A stretch of DNA of 64,000 bases, from assembly GCA_964016885.1 (NCBI GenBank), contig OZ024741.1, positions 3,348,001-3,412,000 on the forward strand. Direction: 5' to 3'. Below the pieces are notes generated by a model that saw nothing but the letters and a program-made list of their open reading frames with translations, ran no database searches and was not told the origin of the DNA. Positions 18,001-35,227 of the stretch are shown here, one piece after another. This DNA is from Eledone cirrhosa. Its lineage: Eukaryota. Every line of letters begins with the position of its first letter. The first letter of the stretch is position 1. Both the position numbers and the translations under genes were made by a program.

Positions 18001-21000
18001 ACTACAGCAATATAGAGAGACATAACAAATACAGCAATATAGAGATAACATCTACAGCAATATAGAGAGACATAACAACTACAGCAATATAGAGAGACAA
18101 CATAACAACTACAGCAATATAGAGACATAACAACTACAGCAATATAAAAAGACATAACAACTACGGCAATATAGAGAGACATAACAACTACAGCAATATA
18201 GAGAGATAACAACTACAGCAATATAGAGAGACAACATAACAACTAAAGCAATATAGAGACATAAAAAACTACAGCAATATAGAGAGACATAACAACTACA
18301 GTAATATAGAGACATAACAACTACAGCAATATAGAGAGACATAACAACTGCAGCAATATAGAGAGACAACATAACAACGACAGCAATATAGGGAGACATA
18401 ACAAATACAGCAATATAGAAAGACATAACAACTACAGCAATATAGAGAGACATAACAACTACAGCAATATAGAGATAACAACTACAGCAATATAGAGAGA
18501 CATAACAACTACAGCAATATAGAGAGACGTAACAACTACAGCAATATAGAGAGACAACATAACAACTACAGCAATATAAAGGGACAACGTAACTACTACA
18601 GCAATATAGAGAGACATAACAACTGCAGCAATATAGAGAGACAACATAACAACTACAGCAATATAGAGAGACATAACAACTACAGCAATATAGTGAGCCA
18701 TAACAACTACAGCAATATAGAGACATAACAACTACAGCAATATAGAGAGACAACATAACAACTCCAGCAATATAGAGAGACATAACAAATACAGCAATAT
18801 AGAGACATAACAACTACAGCAATATAGAGAGACATAACAACTGCAGCAATATAGAGAGACAACATAACAACGACAGAAATATAGGGAGTCATAACAAATA
18901 CAGCAATATAGAAAGACATAACAACTACAGCAATATAGAGAGACATAACAAATACAGCAATATAGAGATAACAACTACAGCAATATAGAGAGACATAACA
19001 ACTACAGCAATATAGAGAGATAACAACTACAGCAATATAGAGAGACAACATAACAACTACAGCAATATAGAGACATAAAAAACTACAGCAATATAGAGAG
19101 ACATAACAACTACAGCAATATAGAGACATATCAACTACAGCAATATAGAGAGACATAACAACTGCAGCAATATAGAGAGACAACATAACAACGACAGCAA
19201 TATAGGGAGACATAACAAATACAGCAATATAGAAAGACATAACAACTAGAGCAATATAGAGATAACAACTACAGCAATATAGAGAGACATAACAACTACA
19301 GCAATATAGAGAGACATAACAACTACAGGAATATAGAGAGATAACAACTACAGCAATATAGAGAGACAACAAAACAACTACATCAATATAGAGAGACATA
19401 ACAACTACAGCAATATAGAAAGGCATAACAACTACAGCAATATAGAGGGACATAACAACTACAGCAATATAGAGACACATAACAACTACAGCAATATAAA
19501 GGGACAACATAACTACTACATCAATATAGATAGACATAACAACTGCAGCAATATTGAGAGACAAAATAACAACTACAGCAATATAGAGAGACATAACAAC
19601 TACAGCAATATAGAGAGACATAACAACTGCAGCAATATAGAGTCATAACAAGTACAGCAATATAGAGAGACATAACAACAACAGCAATATAGAGAGACAT
19701 AACAACTACAGCAATATAGAGAGACAACATAACAACTCCAGCAATATAGAGAGACATAACAACTACAGCAATATAGAGACATAACAACTACAGCAATATA
19801 GAGACATAACAACTACAGCAATATAGAGAGACAACATAACAACTACAGCAATATAGAGAGACAACAACTACAGTAACATAGAGACATAACAACTACACCA
19901 ATATAAAGAGACAACATAACAACTACAGCAATATAGAGAGACATAACAACTACAGCAATTTAGAGAGACATAACTACAGCAATATAGAGAGATATAACAA
20001 CTACACCAACATAAAGAGACAACATAACAACTACAGCAATATAGAGAGACATAACAACTACAGCAATATAGAGACATAACAACTACAGCAATATGGAGAG
20101 ACAATATAACAACTACAGTAATATAGAGAGACATAACAACTACAGCAATATAGAGAGACATAACAACTACAGCAATATAGAGAGATATAACAACTACACC
20201 AACATAAAGAGACAACATAACAACTACAGCAATATAGAGACATAACAACTACAGCAATATAGAGACATAACAACTACAGAAATATAGAGACAAAACAGCT
20301 ACAGCAATATAGAGACATAACAACTACAGCAATATAAAGGGACAACATAACAACTACAGCAATATAGAGACATATCAACTACAGCAATATAGAGAGACAT
20401 AACAACTGCAGCAATATAGAGAGACAACATAACAACGACAGAAATATAGGGAGTCATAACAAATACAGCAATATAGAAAGACATAACAACTACAGCAATA
20501 TAGAGAGACATAACAAATACAGCAATATAGAGATAACATCTACAGCAATATAGAGAGACATAACAACTACAGCAATATAGAGAGACAACATAACAACTAC
20601 AGCAATATAGAGACATAACAACTACAGCAATATAAAAAGACATAACAACTACGGCAATATAGAGAGACATAACAACTACAGCAATATAGAGAGATAACAA
20701 CTACGGCAATATAGAGAGACATAACAACTACAGCAATATAGAGACATAACAACTAAAGCAATATAGAGACATAAAAAACTACAGCAATATAGAGAGACAT
20801 AACAACTACAGTAATATAGAGACATAACAACTACAGCAATATAGAGAGACATAACAACTGCAGCAATATAGAGAGACAACATAACAACGACAGCAATATA
20901 GGGAGACATAACAAATACAGCAATATAGAGAGACATAACAACTACAGCAATATAAAGAGACATAACAACTACAGCAATATAAAGAGATAACAACTACAGC

Positions 21001-24000
21001 AATATAGAGAGACATAACAACTACAGCAATATAGAAACATAACAACTACAGCAATATAAAGGGACAACATAACAACTACAGCAATATAGAGACATAACAA
21101 CTACAGCAATATAGAGACATATCAACTAGAGCAATATAGAGAGACATAACAAATGCAGCAATATAGAGAGACGACATAACAACGACAGCAATATAGGGAG
21201 ACATAACAAATACAGCAATATAGAAAGACATAACAAGTACAGCAATATAGAGAGACATGACAACTACAGCAATATAGAGATAACAACTACAGCAATATAG
21301 AAAGACATAACAACTACAGCAATATAGAGAGACATAACAACGACAACAATATAGAGAGATAACAACTACAGCAATATAGAGAGACAACATAACATCTACA
21401 GCAATATTGAGAGACAACATAACAACTACAGCAATATAGAGAGACAACGTACAACTACAGCAATATAGAGACATAACAACTACACCCAGCAATGTAGAAA
21501 GACAAAATAACAACTACAGCAATATAGGGAGACAACATAAAAACTACAGCAATATAGAGATATAACAACTACAGCAATATAGAGAGTCATAACAACTACA
21601 GCAATATAGAGAGATATAACAACTACAGCAATATAGAGAGACAACATAACCACTACAGCAATATAGAGATACATAACAACTACAGCAATATAGAGAGATA
21701 ACAACTACAGCAATATAGAGAGATAACAACTACAGCAATATAGAGAGAAAACATAACAACTACAGAAATATAGAGACATAACAACTAAAGCAATATAGAG
21801 AGACATAACAACTACAGCAATATAAAGAGACATAACTACTACAGCAATATAGAGAGATAACAACTACAGCAATATTGAGAGACATAACAACTACAGCAAT
21901 ATAGAAACATAACAACTACAGCAATATAAAGGGACAACATAACAACTACAGCAATATAGAGACATAACAACTACAGCAATATAGAGACATATCAACTAGA
22001 GCAATATAGAGAGACATAACAACTGCAGCAATATAGAGAGACGACATAACAACGACAGCAATATAGGGAGACATAACAAATACAGCAATATAGAAAGACA
22101 TAACAACTACAGCAATATAGAGAGACATAACAAATACAGCAATATAGAGATAACAACTACAGCAATATAGAGAGACATAACAGCTACAGCAATATAGAAA
22201 GACATAACAACTACAGCAATATAGAGAGACATAACAACTACAGCAATATAGAGAGACAATATAACAACTACAGCAATATAGAGACGTAACAACTACAGCA
22301 ATAATTAGAGACATAACAACTACAGCAATATAAAGGGACAACATAACAACTACAGCAATATAGAGAGACATAAAAACTGCAGCAATATAGAGATACAACA
22401 TAACACCGACAACAATATAGGGAGACATAACAAATACAGCATTTTTGAAAGACATAACAACTACAGCAATATATAGAGATAACAACTACAAGAATATAGA
22501 GAGACATAACAACTACAGCAATATAGAAAGACAACATAACAACTACAGCAATATAGAGAGACGTAACAACTACAGCAATATAGAAAGACATAACATCTAC
22601 AGCAATATAGAGAGATATAACAACTACAGCAATACAGAGAGATAACAACTACAGCAATGTAGAGAGACAACATAACAACTACAGCAATATAGAGAGACAA
22701 CATAACAACTACAGCAATATAGAGAGATAACAACTACAGCAATATACAGAGACAACATTACTACAGCAATATAGAGAGACAACATAACAACTAAAGCAAT
22801 ATAGAGAGACATAACAACTACAGCAATATAGAAAGACATAACAACTACAGCAATATAGATAACATAACAACTACAGCAATATAGAGAGACAACATAACAA
22901 CTACAGCAATATAGAGACATAACAACTACAGCAATATAGAGAGACATAACAACTACAGCAATATAGAGAAACAACATAACAACTACATCAATATAGCGAG
23001 ACATACATCTACAGCAATATAGAGAGACATAATATCTACAGCAATATAGAGAGACATAACAACTACAGGAATATAAAGAGACATAAGAACCACAGCAATA
23101 TAGAGAGACATAAAGACTACACCAATATAGAGAGACAACATAACAATCACAGCAATATAGAGGGACATAACAACTACAGCAATATAGAGACATAGCAACT
23201 ACAGCAATATAGAGAGACAATATAACAACTACAGCAATATTGAGAGAAATAACAACTACAGCAATATAGGGAGACATAACAAATACAGCCATATAGAAAG
23301 ACATAACAACTACAGCAATATATAGAGACATAACAACTACAGCAATATAGAGAGATAACAACTACAGCAATATAGAGACACATAACAACTCCAGCAATAT
23401 AGACAGACAACATAACAACTACAGCAAATAGAGAGACATAAAAACTACAGCAATATAGAGAGTCATAATAACTACAGCAATATAGAGACATAACAAGTAC
23501 AGCAATATAGAGAGACATAGCAACTACAGCAATATAGAGAGACAAAACAACAACAGCAATATAACAACATAACAACTAGAGCAATTTAGAGAGACATAAA
23601 AAACTACAGCAATATAGAGACATAACAACTTCAGCAATATAGAGAGATAAAAACTATAGCAATATAGAGAGACATAACAACTACATCAATATAGAGAGAC
23701 AACAACTACAGCAACATAGAGACATAACAACTACACCAATATAGAGAGACAACATAACAACTACATCAATATAGAGAGACAACATAACATCTACAGCAAT
23801 ATAGTGAGCCATAACAACTACAGCAATATAGAGAGACAACATAACAACTGCAGCAATATAGAGACATAACAACTACAGCAATATAGAGACATAACAACTA
23901 CAGCAATATAGAGACATAACAACTACAGAAATATAGAGACATAACAGCTACAGCAATATAGAGACATAACAACTACAGCAATATAAAGGGACAACATAAC

Positions 24001-27000
24001 AACTACAGCAATATAGAGAGACATAACAACTGCAGCAATATAGAGAGACAACATAACAACGACAGCAATATAGAGCGACATAACAACTACAGCACTATAG
24101 AGACATAACAACTACAGCAATATAGAGACATAACAACTACAGAAATATAGAGACATAACAGCTACAGCAATATAGAGACATAACAACTACAGCAATATAA
24201 AGGGACAACATAACAACTAGAGCAATATAGAGAGACATAACAACTGCAGCAATAGAGAGTGACAACATAACTACTAGAGCAATATAGGGTGACATAACAA
24301 ATACAGCAATATAGAAAGACATAAAAACTACAGCAATATAGAGAGACATAACAACTACAGCAATATAGAGACATATCAACTACAGCAATATAGAGAGACA
24401 TAACAACTGCAGCAATATAGAGAGACAACATAACAACGAGAGCAATATAGGGAGGCATAACAAATACGGCAATATAGAAAGACATAACAACTACAGCAAT
24501 ATAGAGAAACATAACAACTACAGCAATATAGAAACATATCAACTACAGCAATATAGAGAGACATAACAACTGCAGCAATATAGAGAAACAACATAACTAC
24601 GACAGCAATATAGGGAGACATAACAAATACAGCAATATAGAAAGACATAACAACTACAGCAATATAGAGAGACATAACAACTACAGCAATATAGAGATAA
24701 CAACTACAGCAATATAGAGAGACATAACAACTACAGCAATATAGAGACATAACAAATACAGCAATATAGAGAGACAATATAACAACTACAGCAATATTGA
24801 GAGACATAACAACTGCAGCAATATAGAGACATAACAACTACAGCAATATAGAGACATAACAACTACAGCAATATATAGACATAACAACTACAGAAATATA
24901 GAGACATAACAGCTACAGCAATATAAAGGGACAACATAACAGCTACAGCAATATAGAGACATAACAACTACAGCAATATAAAGGGACAACATAACAACTA
25001 CAGCAATATAGAGAGACATAACAACTGCAGCAATATAGAGATACAACATAACAACGACAGCAATATAGTGAGACATAAAAAATACAGCATTATAGAAAGA
25101 CATAACAACTACAGCAATATAGAGATACATAACAAATACAGCAATATAGAGAGACAACATAACAACTACAGCAATATAGAGAGACAACATAACAACTACA
25201 GCAATATAGAGAGATAACAACTACAGCAATATACAGAGACAACATTACTACAGCAATATAGAGAGACAACATAACAACTAAAGCAATATAGTGAGACATA
25301 ACAACTACAGCAATATAGAAAGACATAACAACTACAGCAATATAGATAACATAACAACTACAGCAATATAGAGAGACAACATAACAACTACAGCAATATA
25401 GAGACATAACAACTACAGCAATATAGAGAGACATAACAACTACAGCAATATAGAGAAACAACATAACAACTACATCAATATAGCGAGACATACATCTACA
25501 GCAATATAGAGAGACATAATATCTACAGCAATATAGAGAGACATAACAACTACAGGAATATAAAGAGACATAAGAACCACAGCAATATAGAGAGACATAA
25601 AGACTACACCAATATAGAGAGACAACATAACAATCACAGCAATATAGAGGGACATAACAACTACAGCAATATAGAGACATAGCAACTACAGCAATATAGA
25701 GAGACAATATAACAACTACAGCAATATTGAGAGAAATAACAACTACAGCAATATAGGGAGACATAACAAATGCAGCCATATAGAAAGACATAACAACTAC
25801 AGCAATATATAGAGACATAACAACTACAGCAATATAGAGAGATAACAACTACAGCAATATAGAGACACATAACAACTACAGCAATATAGACAGACAACAT
25901 AACAACTACAGCAAATAGAGAGACATAAAAACTACAGCAATATAGAGAGTCATAATAACTACAGCAATATAGAGACATAACAAGTACAGCAATATAGAGA
26001 GACATAGCAACTACAGCAATATAGAGAGACAAAACAACAACAGCAATATAACAACATAACAACTAGAGCAATTTAGAGAGACATAAAAAACTACAGCAAT
26101 ATAGAGACATAACAACTCCAGCAATATAGAGAGATAAAAACTATAGCAATATAGAGAGACATAACAACTACATCAATATAGAGAGACAACAACTACAGCA
26201 ACATAGAGACATAACAACTACACCAATATAGAGAGACAACATAACAACTACATCAATATAGAGAGACAACATAACATCTACAGCAATATAGTGAGCCATA
26301 ACAACTACAGCAATATAGAGAGACAACATAACAACTGCAGCAATATAGAGACATAACAACTACAGCAATATAGAGACATAACAACTACAGCAATATAGAG
26401 ACATAACAACTACAGAAATATAGAGACATAACAGCTACAGCAATATAGAGACATAACAACTACAGCAATATAAAGGGACAACATAACAACTACAGCAATA
26501 TAGAGAGACATAACAACTGCAGCAATATAGAGAGACAACATAACAACGACAGCAATATAGAGCGACATAACAACTACAGCACTATAGAGACATAACAACT
26601 ACAGCAATATAGAGACATAACAACTACAGAAATATAGAGACATAACAGCTACAGCAATATAGAGACATAACAACTACAGCAATATAAAGGGACAACATAA
26701 CAACTAGAGCAATATAGAGAGACATAACAACTGCAGCAATAGAGAGTGACAACATAACTACTAGAGCAATATAGGGTGACATAACAAATACAGCAATATA
26801 GAAAGACATAAAAACTACAGCAATATAGAGAGACATAACAACTACAGCAATATAGAGACATATCAACTACAGCAATATAAAGGGACAACATAACAACTAG
26901 AGCAATATAGAGAGACATAACAACTGCAGCAATAGAGAGTGACAACATAACTACTAGAGCAATATAGGGTGACATAACAAATACAGCAATATAGAAAGAC

Positions 27001-30000
27001 ATAAAAACTACAGCAATATAGAGAGATATAACAACTACAGCAATATAGAGAGACAACATAACCACTACAGCAATATAGAGATACATAACAACTACAGCAA
27101 TATAGAGAGATAACAACTACAGCAATATAGAGAGATAACAACTACAGCAATATAGAGAGATAAAAACTATAGCAATATAGAGAGACATAACAACTACATC
27201 AATATAGAGAGACAACAACTACAGCAACATAGAGACATAACAACTACACCAATATAGAGAGACAACATAACAACTACATCAATATAGAGAGACAACATAA
27301 CATCTACAGCAATATAGTGAGCCATAACAACTACAGCAATATAGAGAGACAACATAACAACTGCAGCAATATAGAGACATAACAACTACAGCAATATAGA
27401 GACATAACAACTACAGCAATATAGAGACATAACAACTACAGAAATATAGAGACATAACAGCTACAGCAATATAGAGACATAACAACTACAGCAATATAAA
27501 GGGACAACATAACAACTACAGCAATATAGAGAGACATAACAACTGCAGCAATATAGAGAGACAACATAACAACGACAGCAATATAGAGCGACATAACAAC
27601 TACAGCACTATAGAGACATAACAACTACAGCAATATAGAGACATAACAACTACAGAAATATAGAGACATAACAGCTACAGCAATATAGAGACATAACAAC
27701 TACAGCAATATAAAGGGACAACATAACAACTAGAGCAATATAGAGAGACATAACAACTGCAGCAATAGAGAGTGACAACATAACTACTAGAGCAATATAG
27801 GGTGACATAACAAATACAGCAATATAGAAAGACATAAAAACTACAGCAATATAGAGAGACATAACAACTACAGCAATATAGAGACATATCAACTACAGCA
27901 ATATAGAGAGACATAACAACTGCAGCAATATAGAGAGACAACATAACAACGAGAGCAATATAGGGAGGCATAACAAATACGGCAATATAGAAAGACATAA
28001 CAACTACAGCAATATAGAGAAACATAACAACTACAGCAATATAGAAACATATCAACTACAGCAATATAGAGAGACATAACAACTGCAGCAATATAGAGAA
28101 ACAACATAACTACGACAGCAATATAGGGAGACATAACAAATACAGCAATATAGAAAGACATAACAACTACAGCAATATAGAGAGACATAACAACTACAGC
28201 AATATAGAGATAACAACTACAGCAATATAGAGAGACATAACAACTACAGCAATATAGAGACATAACAAATACAGCAATATAGAGAGACAATATAACAACT
28301 ACAGCAATATTGAGAGACATAACAACTGCAGCAATATAGAGACATAACAACTACAGCAATATAGAGACATAACAACTACAGCAATATATAGACATAACAA
28401 CTACAGAAATATAGAGACATAACAGCTACAGCAATATAAAGGGACAACATAACAGCTACAGCAATATAGAGACATAACAACTACAGCAATATAAAGGGAC
28501 AACATAACAACTACAGCAATATAGAGAGACATAACAACTGCAGCAATATAGAGATACAACATAACAACGACAGCAATATAGTGAGACATAAAAAATACAG
28601 CATTATAGAAAGACATAACAACTACAGCAATATAGAGATACATAACAAATACAGCAATATAGAGAGACAACATAACAACTACAGCAATATAGAGAGACAA
28701 CATAACAACTACAGCAATATAGAGAGATAACAACTACAGCAATATACAGAGACAACATTACTACAGCAATATAGAGAGACAACATAACAACTAAAGCAAT
28801 ATAGTGAGACATAACAACTACAGCAATATAGAAAGACATAACAACTACAGCAATATAGATAACATAACAACTACAGCAATATAGAGAGACAACATAACAA
28901 CTACAGCAATATAGAGACATAACAACTACAGCAATATAGAGAGACATAACAACTACAGCAATATAGAGAAACAACATAACAACTACATCAATATAGCGAG
29001 ACATACATCTACAGCAATATAGAGAGACATAATATCTACAGCAATATAGAGAGACATAACAACTACAGGAATATAAAGAGACATAAGAACCACAGCAATA
29101 TAGAGAGACATAAAGACTACACCAATATAGAGAGACAACATAACAATCACAGCAATATAGAGGGACATAACAACTACAGCAATATAGAGACATAGCAACT
29201 ACAGCAATATAGAGAGACAATATAACAACTACAGCAATATTGAGAGAAATAACAACTACAGCAATATAGGGAGACATAACAAATGCAGCCATATAGAAAG
29301 ACATAACAACTACAGCAATATATAGAGACATAACAACTACAGCAATATAGAGAGATAACAACTACAGCAATATAGAGACACATAACAACTACAGCAATAT
29401 AGACAGACAACATAACAACTACAGCAAATAGAGAGACATAAAAACTACAGCAATATAGAGAGTCATAATAACTACAGCAATATAGAGACATAACAAGTAC
29501 AGCAATATAGAGAGACATAGCAACTACAGCAATATAGAGAGACAAAACAACAACAGCAATATAACAACATAACAACTAGAGCAATTTAGAGAGACATAAA
29601 AAACTACAGCAATATAGAGACATAACAACTCCAGCAATATAGAGAGATAAAAACTATAGCAATATAGAGAGACATAACAACTACATCAATATAGAGAGAC
29701 AACAACTACAGCAACATAGAGACATAACAACTACACCAATATAGAGAGACAACATAACAACTACATCAATATAGAGAGACAACATAACATCTACAGCAAT
29801 ATAGTGAGCCATAACAACTACAGCAATATAGAGAGACAACATAACAACTGCAGCAATATAGAGACATAACAACTACAGCAATATAGAGACATAACAACTA
29901 CAGCAATATAGAGACATAACAACTACAGAAATATAGAGACATAACAGCTACAGCAATATAGAGACATAACAACTACAGCAATATAAAGGGACAACATAAC

Positions 30001-33000
30001 AACTACAGCAATATAGAGAGACATAACAACTGCAGCAATATAGAGAGACAACATAACAACGACAGCAATATAGAGCGACATAACAACTACAGCACTATAG
30101 AGACATAACAACTACAGCAATATAGAGACATAACAACTACAGAAATATAGAGACATAACAGCTACAGCAATATAGAGACATAACAACTACAGCAATATAA
30201 AGGGACAACATAACAACTAGAGCAATATAGAGAGACATAACAACTGCAGCAATAGAGAGTGACAACATAACTACTAGAGCAATATAGGGTGACATAACAA
30301 ATACAGCAATATAGAAAGACATAAAAACTACAGCAATATAGAGAGACATAACAACTACAGCAATATAGAGACATATCAACTACAGCAATATAGAGAGACA
30401 TAACAACTGCAGCAATATAGAGAGACAACATAACAACGACAGCAATATAGGGAGGCATAACAAATACGGCAATATAGAAAGACATAACAACTACAGCAAT
30501 ATAGAGAAACATAACAACTACAGCAATATAGAAACATATCAACTACAGCAATATAGAGAGACATAACAACTGCAGCAATATAGAGAAACAACATAACTAC
30601 GACAGCAATATAGGGAGACATAACAAATACAGCAATATAGAAAGACATAACAACTACAGCAATATAGAGAGACATAACAACTACAGCAATATAGAGATAA
30701 CAACTACAGCAATATAGAGAGACATAACAACTACAGCAATATAGAGACATAACAAATACAGCAATATAGAGAGACAATATAACAACTACAGCAATATTGA
30801 GAGACATAACAACTGCAGCAATATAGAGACATAACAACTACAGCAATATAGAGACATAACAACTACAGCAATATATAGACATAACAACTACAGAAATATA
30901 GAGACATAACAGCTACAGCAATATAAAGGGACAACATAACAGCTACAGCAATATAGAGACATAACAACTACAGCAATATAAAGGGACAACATAACAACTA
31001 CAGCAATATAGAGAGACATAACAACTGCAGCAATATAGAGATACAACATAACAACGACAGCAATATAGTGAGACATAAAAAATACAGCATTATAGAAAGA
31101 CATAACAACTACAGCAATATAGAGATACATAACAAATACAGCAATATAAAGATAACAACTACAGCAATATAGAGAGACATAACAACTACAGCAATATAGA
31201 GAGACAACATAAAAACTACAGCATTATAGAGACATAACAACTACAGCAATATAGAAAGACATAACAACTACGGCAATATAGAGAGACATAACAATTACAG
31301 CAATATAGAGAGATAACAACTACAGCAATATAGAGAGACAACATAACAACTACAGCAATATAGAGACATAACAACTACAGCAATATAGAGAGACATAACA
31401 ACTACAGCAATATAGAGAGACAACATAACAACTCCAGCAATATAGAGAGACAACATAACAACTACAGCAATATAGAGAGACAACAACTACAGCAATATAG
31501 AGACATAACAACTAGAGCAATATAGAGACATAACAACTACAGCAATATAGAGAGACAACATAACAACTACAGCAATATAGAGAGACATAACAACTACAGC
31601 AATATAGAGACATAACAACTACAGCAATATAGAGACATAACAACTACAGCAATATAGAGACATAACAACTACAGCAATATAGAGAGACAACATAACAACT
31701 ACACCAATATAGAGAGACAACATAACAACGACAGCAATATAGGGAGACATAACAAATACAGCAATATAGAAAGACATAACAACTTCAGCAATATAGAGAA
31801 ACATAACAACTACAGCAATATAGAAACTTATCAACTACAGCAATATAGAGAGATATAACAACTGCAGCAATATAGAGAAACAACATAACAACGACAGCAA
31901 TATAGAGAGACATAACAACTACAGCAATATAGAGATAACAACTACAGCAATATAGAGAGACATAACAACTACAGCAATATAGAGACATAACAACTACAGC
32001 AATATAGAGAGACAATATAACAACTACAGCAATATTGAGAGACATAACAACTGCAGCAATATAGAGACATAACAACTACAGCAATATAGAGACATAACAA
32101 CTACAGCAATATATAGACATAACAACTACAGAAATATAGAGACATAACAGCTACAGCAATACAGAGACATAACAACTACAGCAATATAAAGGGACAACAT
32201 AACAACTACAGCAATATAGAGACATAACAACTACTGCAATATAAAGGGAAAACATAACAACTACAGCAATATAGAGAGACATAACAACTACAGCAATATA
32301 GAGACATATCAACTACAGCAATATAGAGAGACATAACAACTGCAGCAATATAGAGAGACAACATAACAACGACAGCAATATAGGGAGACGTAACAAATAC
32401 AGCATTATATAAAGACATAACAACTACAGCAATATAGAGACACATAACAAATACAGCAATATAGAGATAACAACTACAGCAATATAGAGAGACAACATAT
32501 CAACTACAGCAATATAGAGACATAACAACTACAGCAATATAGAGAGACATGACAACTACAGCAATATAGTGACATATCAACTACAGCAATATAGAGAGAC
32601 ATAACAACTGCAGCAATATAGAGACATAACAACTACAGCAATATAGAGACATAACAACTACAGCAATATATAGACATAACAACTACAGAAATATAGAGAC
32701 ATAACAGCTACAGCAATACAGAGACATAACAACTACAGCAATATAAAGGGACAACATAACAACTACAGCAATATAGAGACATAACAACTACAGCAATATA
32801 AAGGGACAACATAACAACTACAGCAATATAGAGAGACATAACAACTACAGCAATATAGAGACATATCAACTACAGCAATATAGAGAGACATAACAACTGC
32901 AGCAATATAGAGAGACAACATAACAACGACAGCAATATAGGGAGACATAACAAATACAACATTATATAAAGACATAACAACTACAGCAATATAGAGAAAC

Positions 33001-35199
33001 ATAACAAATACAGCAATATAGAGATAACAACTACAGCAATATAGAGAGACAACATAACAACTACAGCAATATAGAGACATAACAACTACAGCAATATAGA
33101 GAGACATGACAACTACAGCAATATAGTGACCTATCAACTACAGCAATATAGAGAGACATAACAACTGCAGCAATATAGAGAGACAACTTAACAACGACAG
33201 CAATATAGGGAGACATGACAAATACAGCAATATAGAGAGAGACATAACAACTACAGGAATATAGAGAGATAACAACTACAGCAATATAGAGACACATAAC
33301 AACTACAGCAATATAAAGGGACAAGATAACTACTACAGCAATATAGAGAGACATAACAACTGCAGCAATATAGAGAGACAACATAACAACTACAGCAATA
33401 TAGAGAGACATAACAACTACAGCAATATAGAGACGTAACAAGTACAGCAATATAGAGAGACATAACAACAACAGCAATATAGAGAGACATAACAACTACA
33501 GCAATATAGAGACATAACAACTACAGCAATATAGAGAGACAACATAACATCTACAGCAATATAGTGATCCATAACAACTACATCAATATAGAGACATAAC
33601 AACTACGGCAATATAGAGAGTCAACATAACAACTCCAGCAATATAGAGAGACATAACAACTACAGCAATATAGAGACATAACAACTACAGCAATATAGAG
33701 ACATAACAACTACAGCAATATAGAGCGACAACATAACAACTACAGCAATATAGAGAGACATAACAACTACAGCAATATAGAGACATAACAACTACAGCAA
33801 TATAGAGAGACAATATAACAACTACAGCAATATTGAGAGACATAACAACTGCAGCAATATAGAGACATAACAACTACAGCAATATAGAGACATAACAACT
33901 ACAGCAATATAGAGAGATAACAACTACAGCAATATAGAGAGACAACATAACAACTACACCAATATAGAGAGACAACATAACAACGACAGCAATATAGGGA
34001 GACATAACAAACACAGCAATAGAGAAAGACATAACAACTACAGCAATATAGAGATAACAACTACAGCAATATAGAGAGACATAACAACTACAGCAATATA
34101 GAGAGACAACATAACAACTACAGCAATATAGAGAGACAACATAACAACTACAGCAATACAGAAACATAACAACTACAGCAATATAGAGAGACATGACAAC
34201 TACAGCAATATAAAGGGACAAAATAACTACTACTGCAATATAGAGAGACATAACAACTACAGCAATATAGAGAGACAACATAACAACTACAGCAATATAG
34301 AGAGACATAACAACTACAGCAATATAGAGAGATAACAACTACAGCAATATAGAGAGACATAACAACTACAGCAATATAGAGAGACAACATAACAACTACA
34401 GCAATATAGAGAGACATAACAACTACAGCAATATAGAGACATAACAACTACAGCAATATAGAGACATAACAACTACAGCAATATAGAGAGACAACATAAC
34501 AACTACAGCAATATAGAGAGACATAACAACTACAGCAATATAGAGAGATAACAACTACAGCAATATAGAGAGACATAACAACTACAGCAATATAGAGAGA
34601 CAACATAACAACTACAGCAATATAGAGAGATAACAACTACAGCAATATAGAGAGACATAACAACTACAGCAATATAGAGAGACATAACAACTACAGCAAT
34701 ATAGAGAGACATAACAACTACAGCAATATAGAGAGACAACATAACAACTACAGCAATATAGAGAGACATGACAACTACAGCAATATAGAGAGACAACATA
34801 ACAACTACAGCAATATAGAGAGACATAACAACTACAGCAATATAGAGAGACATAACAACTACAGCAATATAGAGAGACATAACAACTACAGCAATATAGA
34901 GAGACAACATAACAACTACAGCAATATAGAGAGACATAACAACTACAGCAATATAGAGAGACAACATAACAACTACAGCAATATAGAGACATAACAACTA
35001 CAGCAATATAGAGAGACATAACAACTACAGCAATATAGAGAGATAACAACTACAGCAATATAGAGAGACATAACAACTACAGCAATATAGAGAGACAACA
35101 TAACAACTACAGCAATATAGAGAGACATGACAACTACAGCAATATAAAGGGACAACATAACAACTACAGCAATATAGAGTGACATAACAACGACAGCAA
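1..35199 (+). repeat. Satellite A, main arm; consensus monomer AATATAGAGAGACATAACAACTACAGC (27 bp) with 23/25/30-bp length variants; runs off the window start
   Basis: Continuous tandem monomers AATATA-(GA)n-[CAA]CAT-AACAAC-TACAGC. Length variation comes from (GA)n and (AAC)n slippage. Higher-order periods of 1005, 5007, 2488, 2487 and 3513 bp are read from diagnostic variants. Confidence 0.98.
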
Positions 35200-35227
35200 A
35201 ATATGTTGCTCTAATCCGGTCACAGGT

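Noticed and set aside
22983-31130. Exactly 6000-bp offset between repeated blocks, suggesting an artificial duplication
   Set aside because: It is the sum of the 2487 and 3513 periods, and the copies differ at several bases (e.g. 23391 vs 29391, 23631 vs 29631).
1-35199. CRISPR-like array (~27-30-bp repeats)
   Set aside because: Repeats are directly adjacent with no unique spacers, there are no cas genes, and the context is eukaryotic. The same applies to the 50-, 72- and 25-bp arrays.
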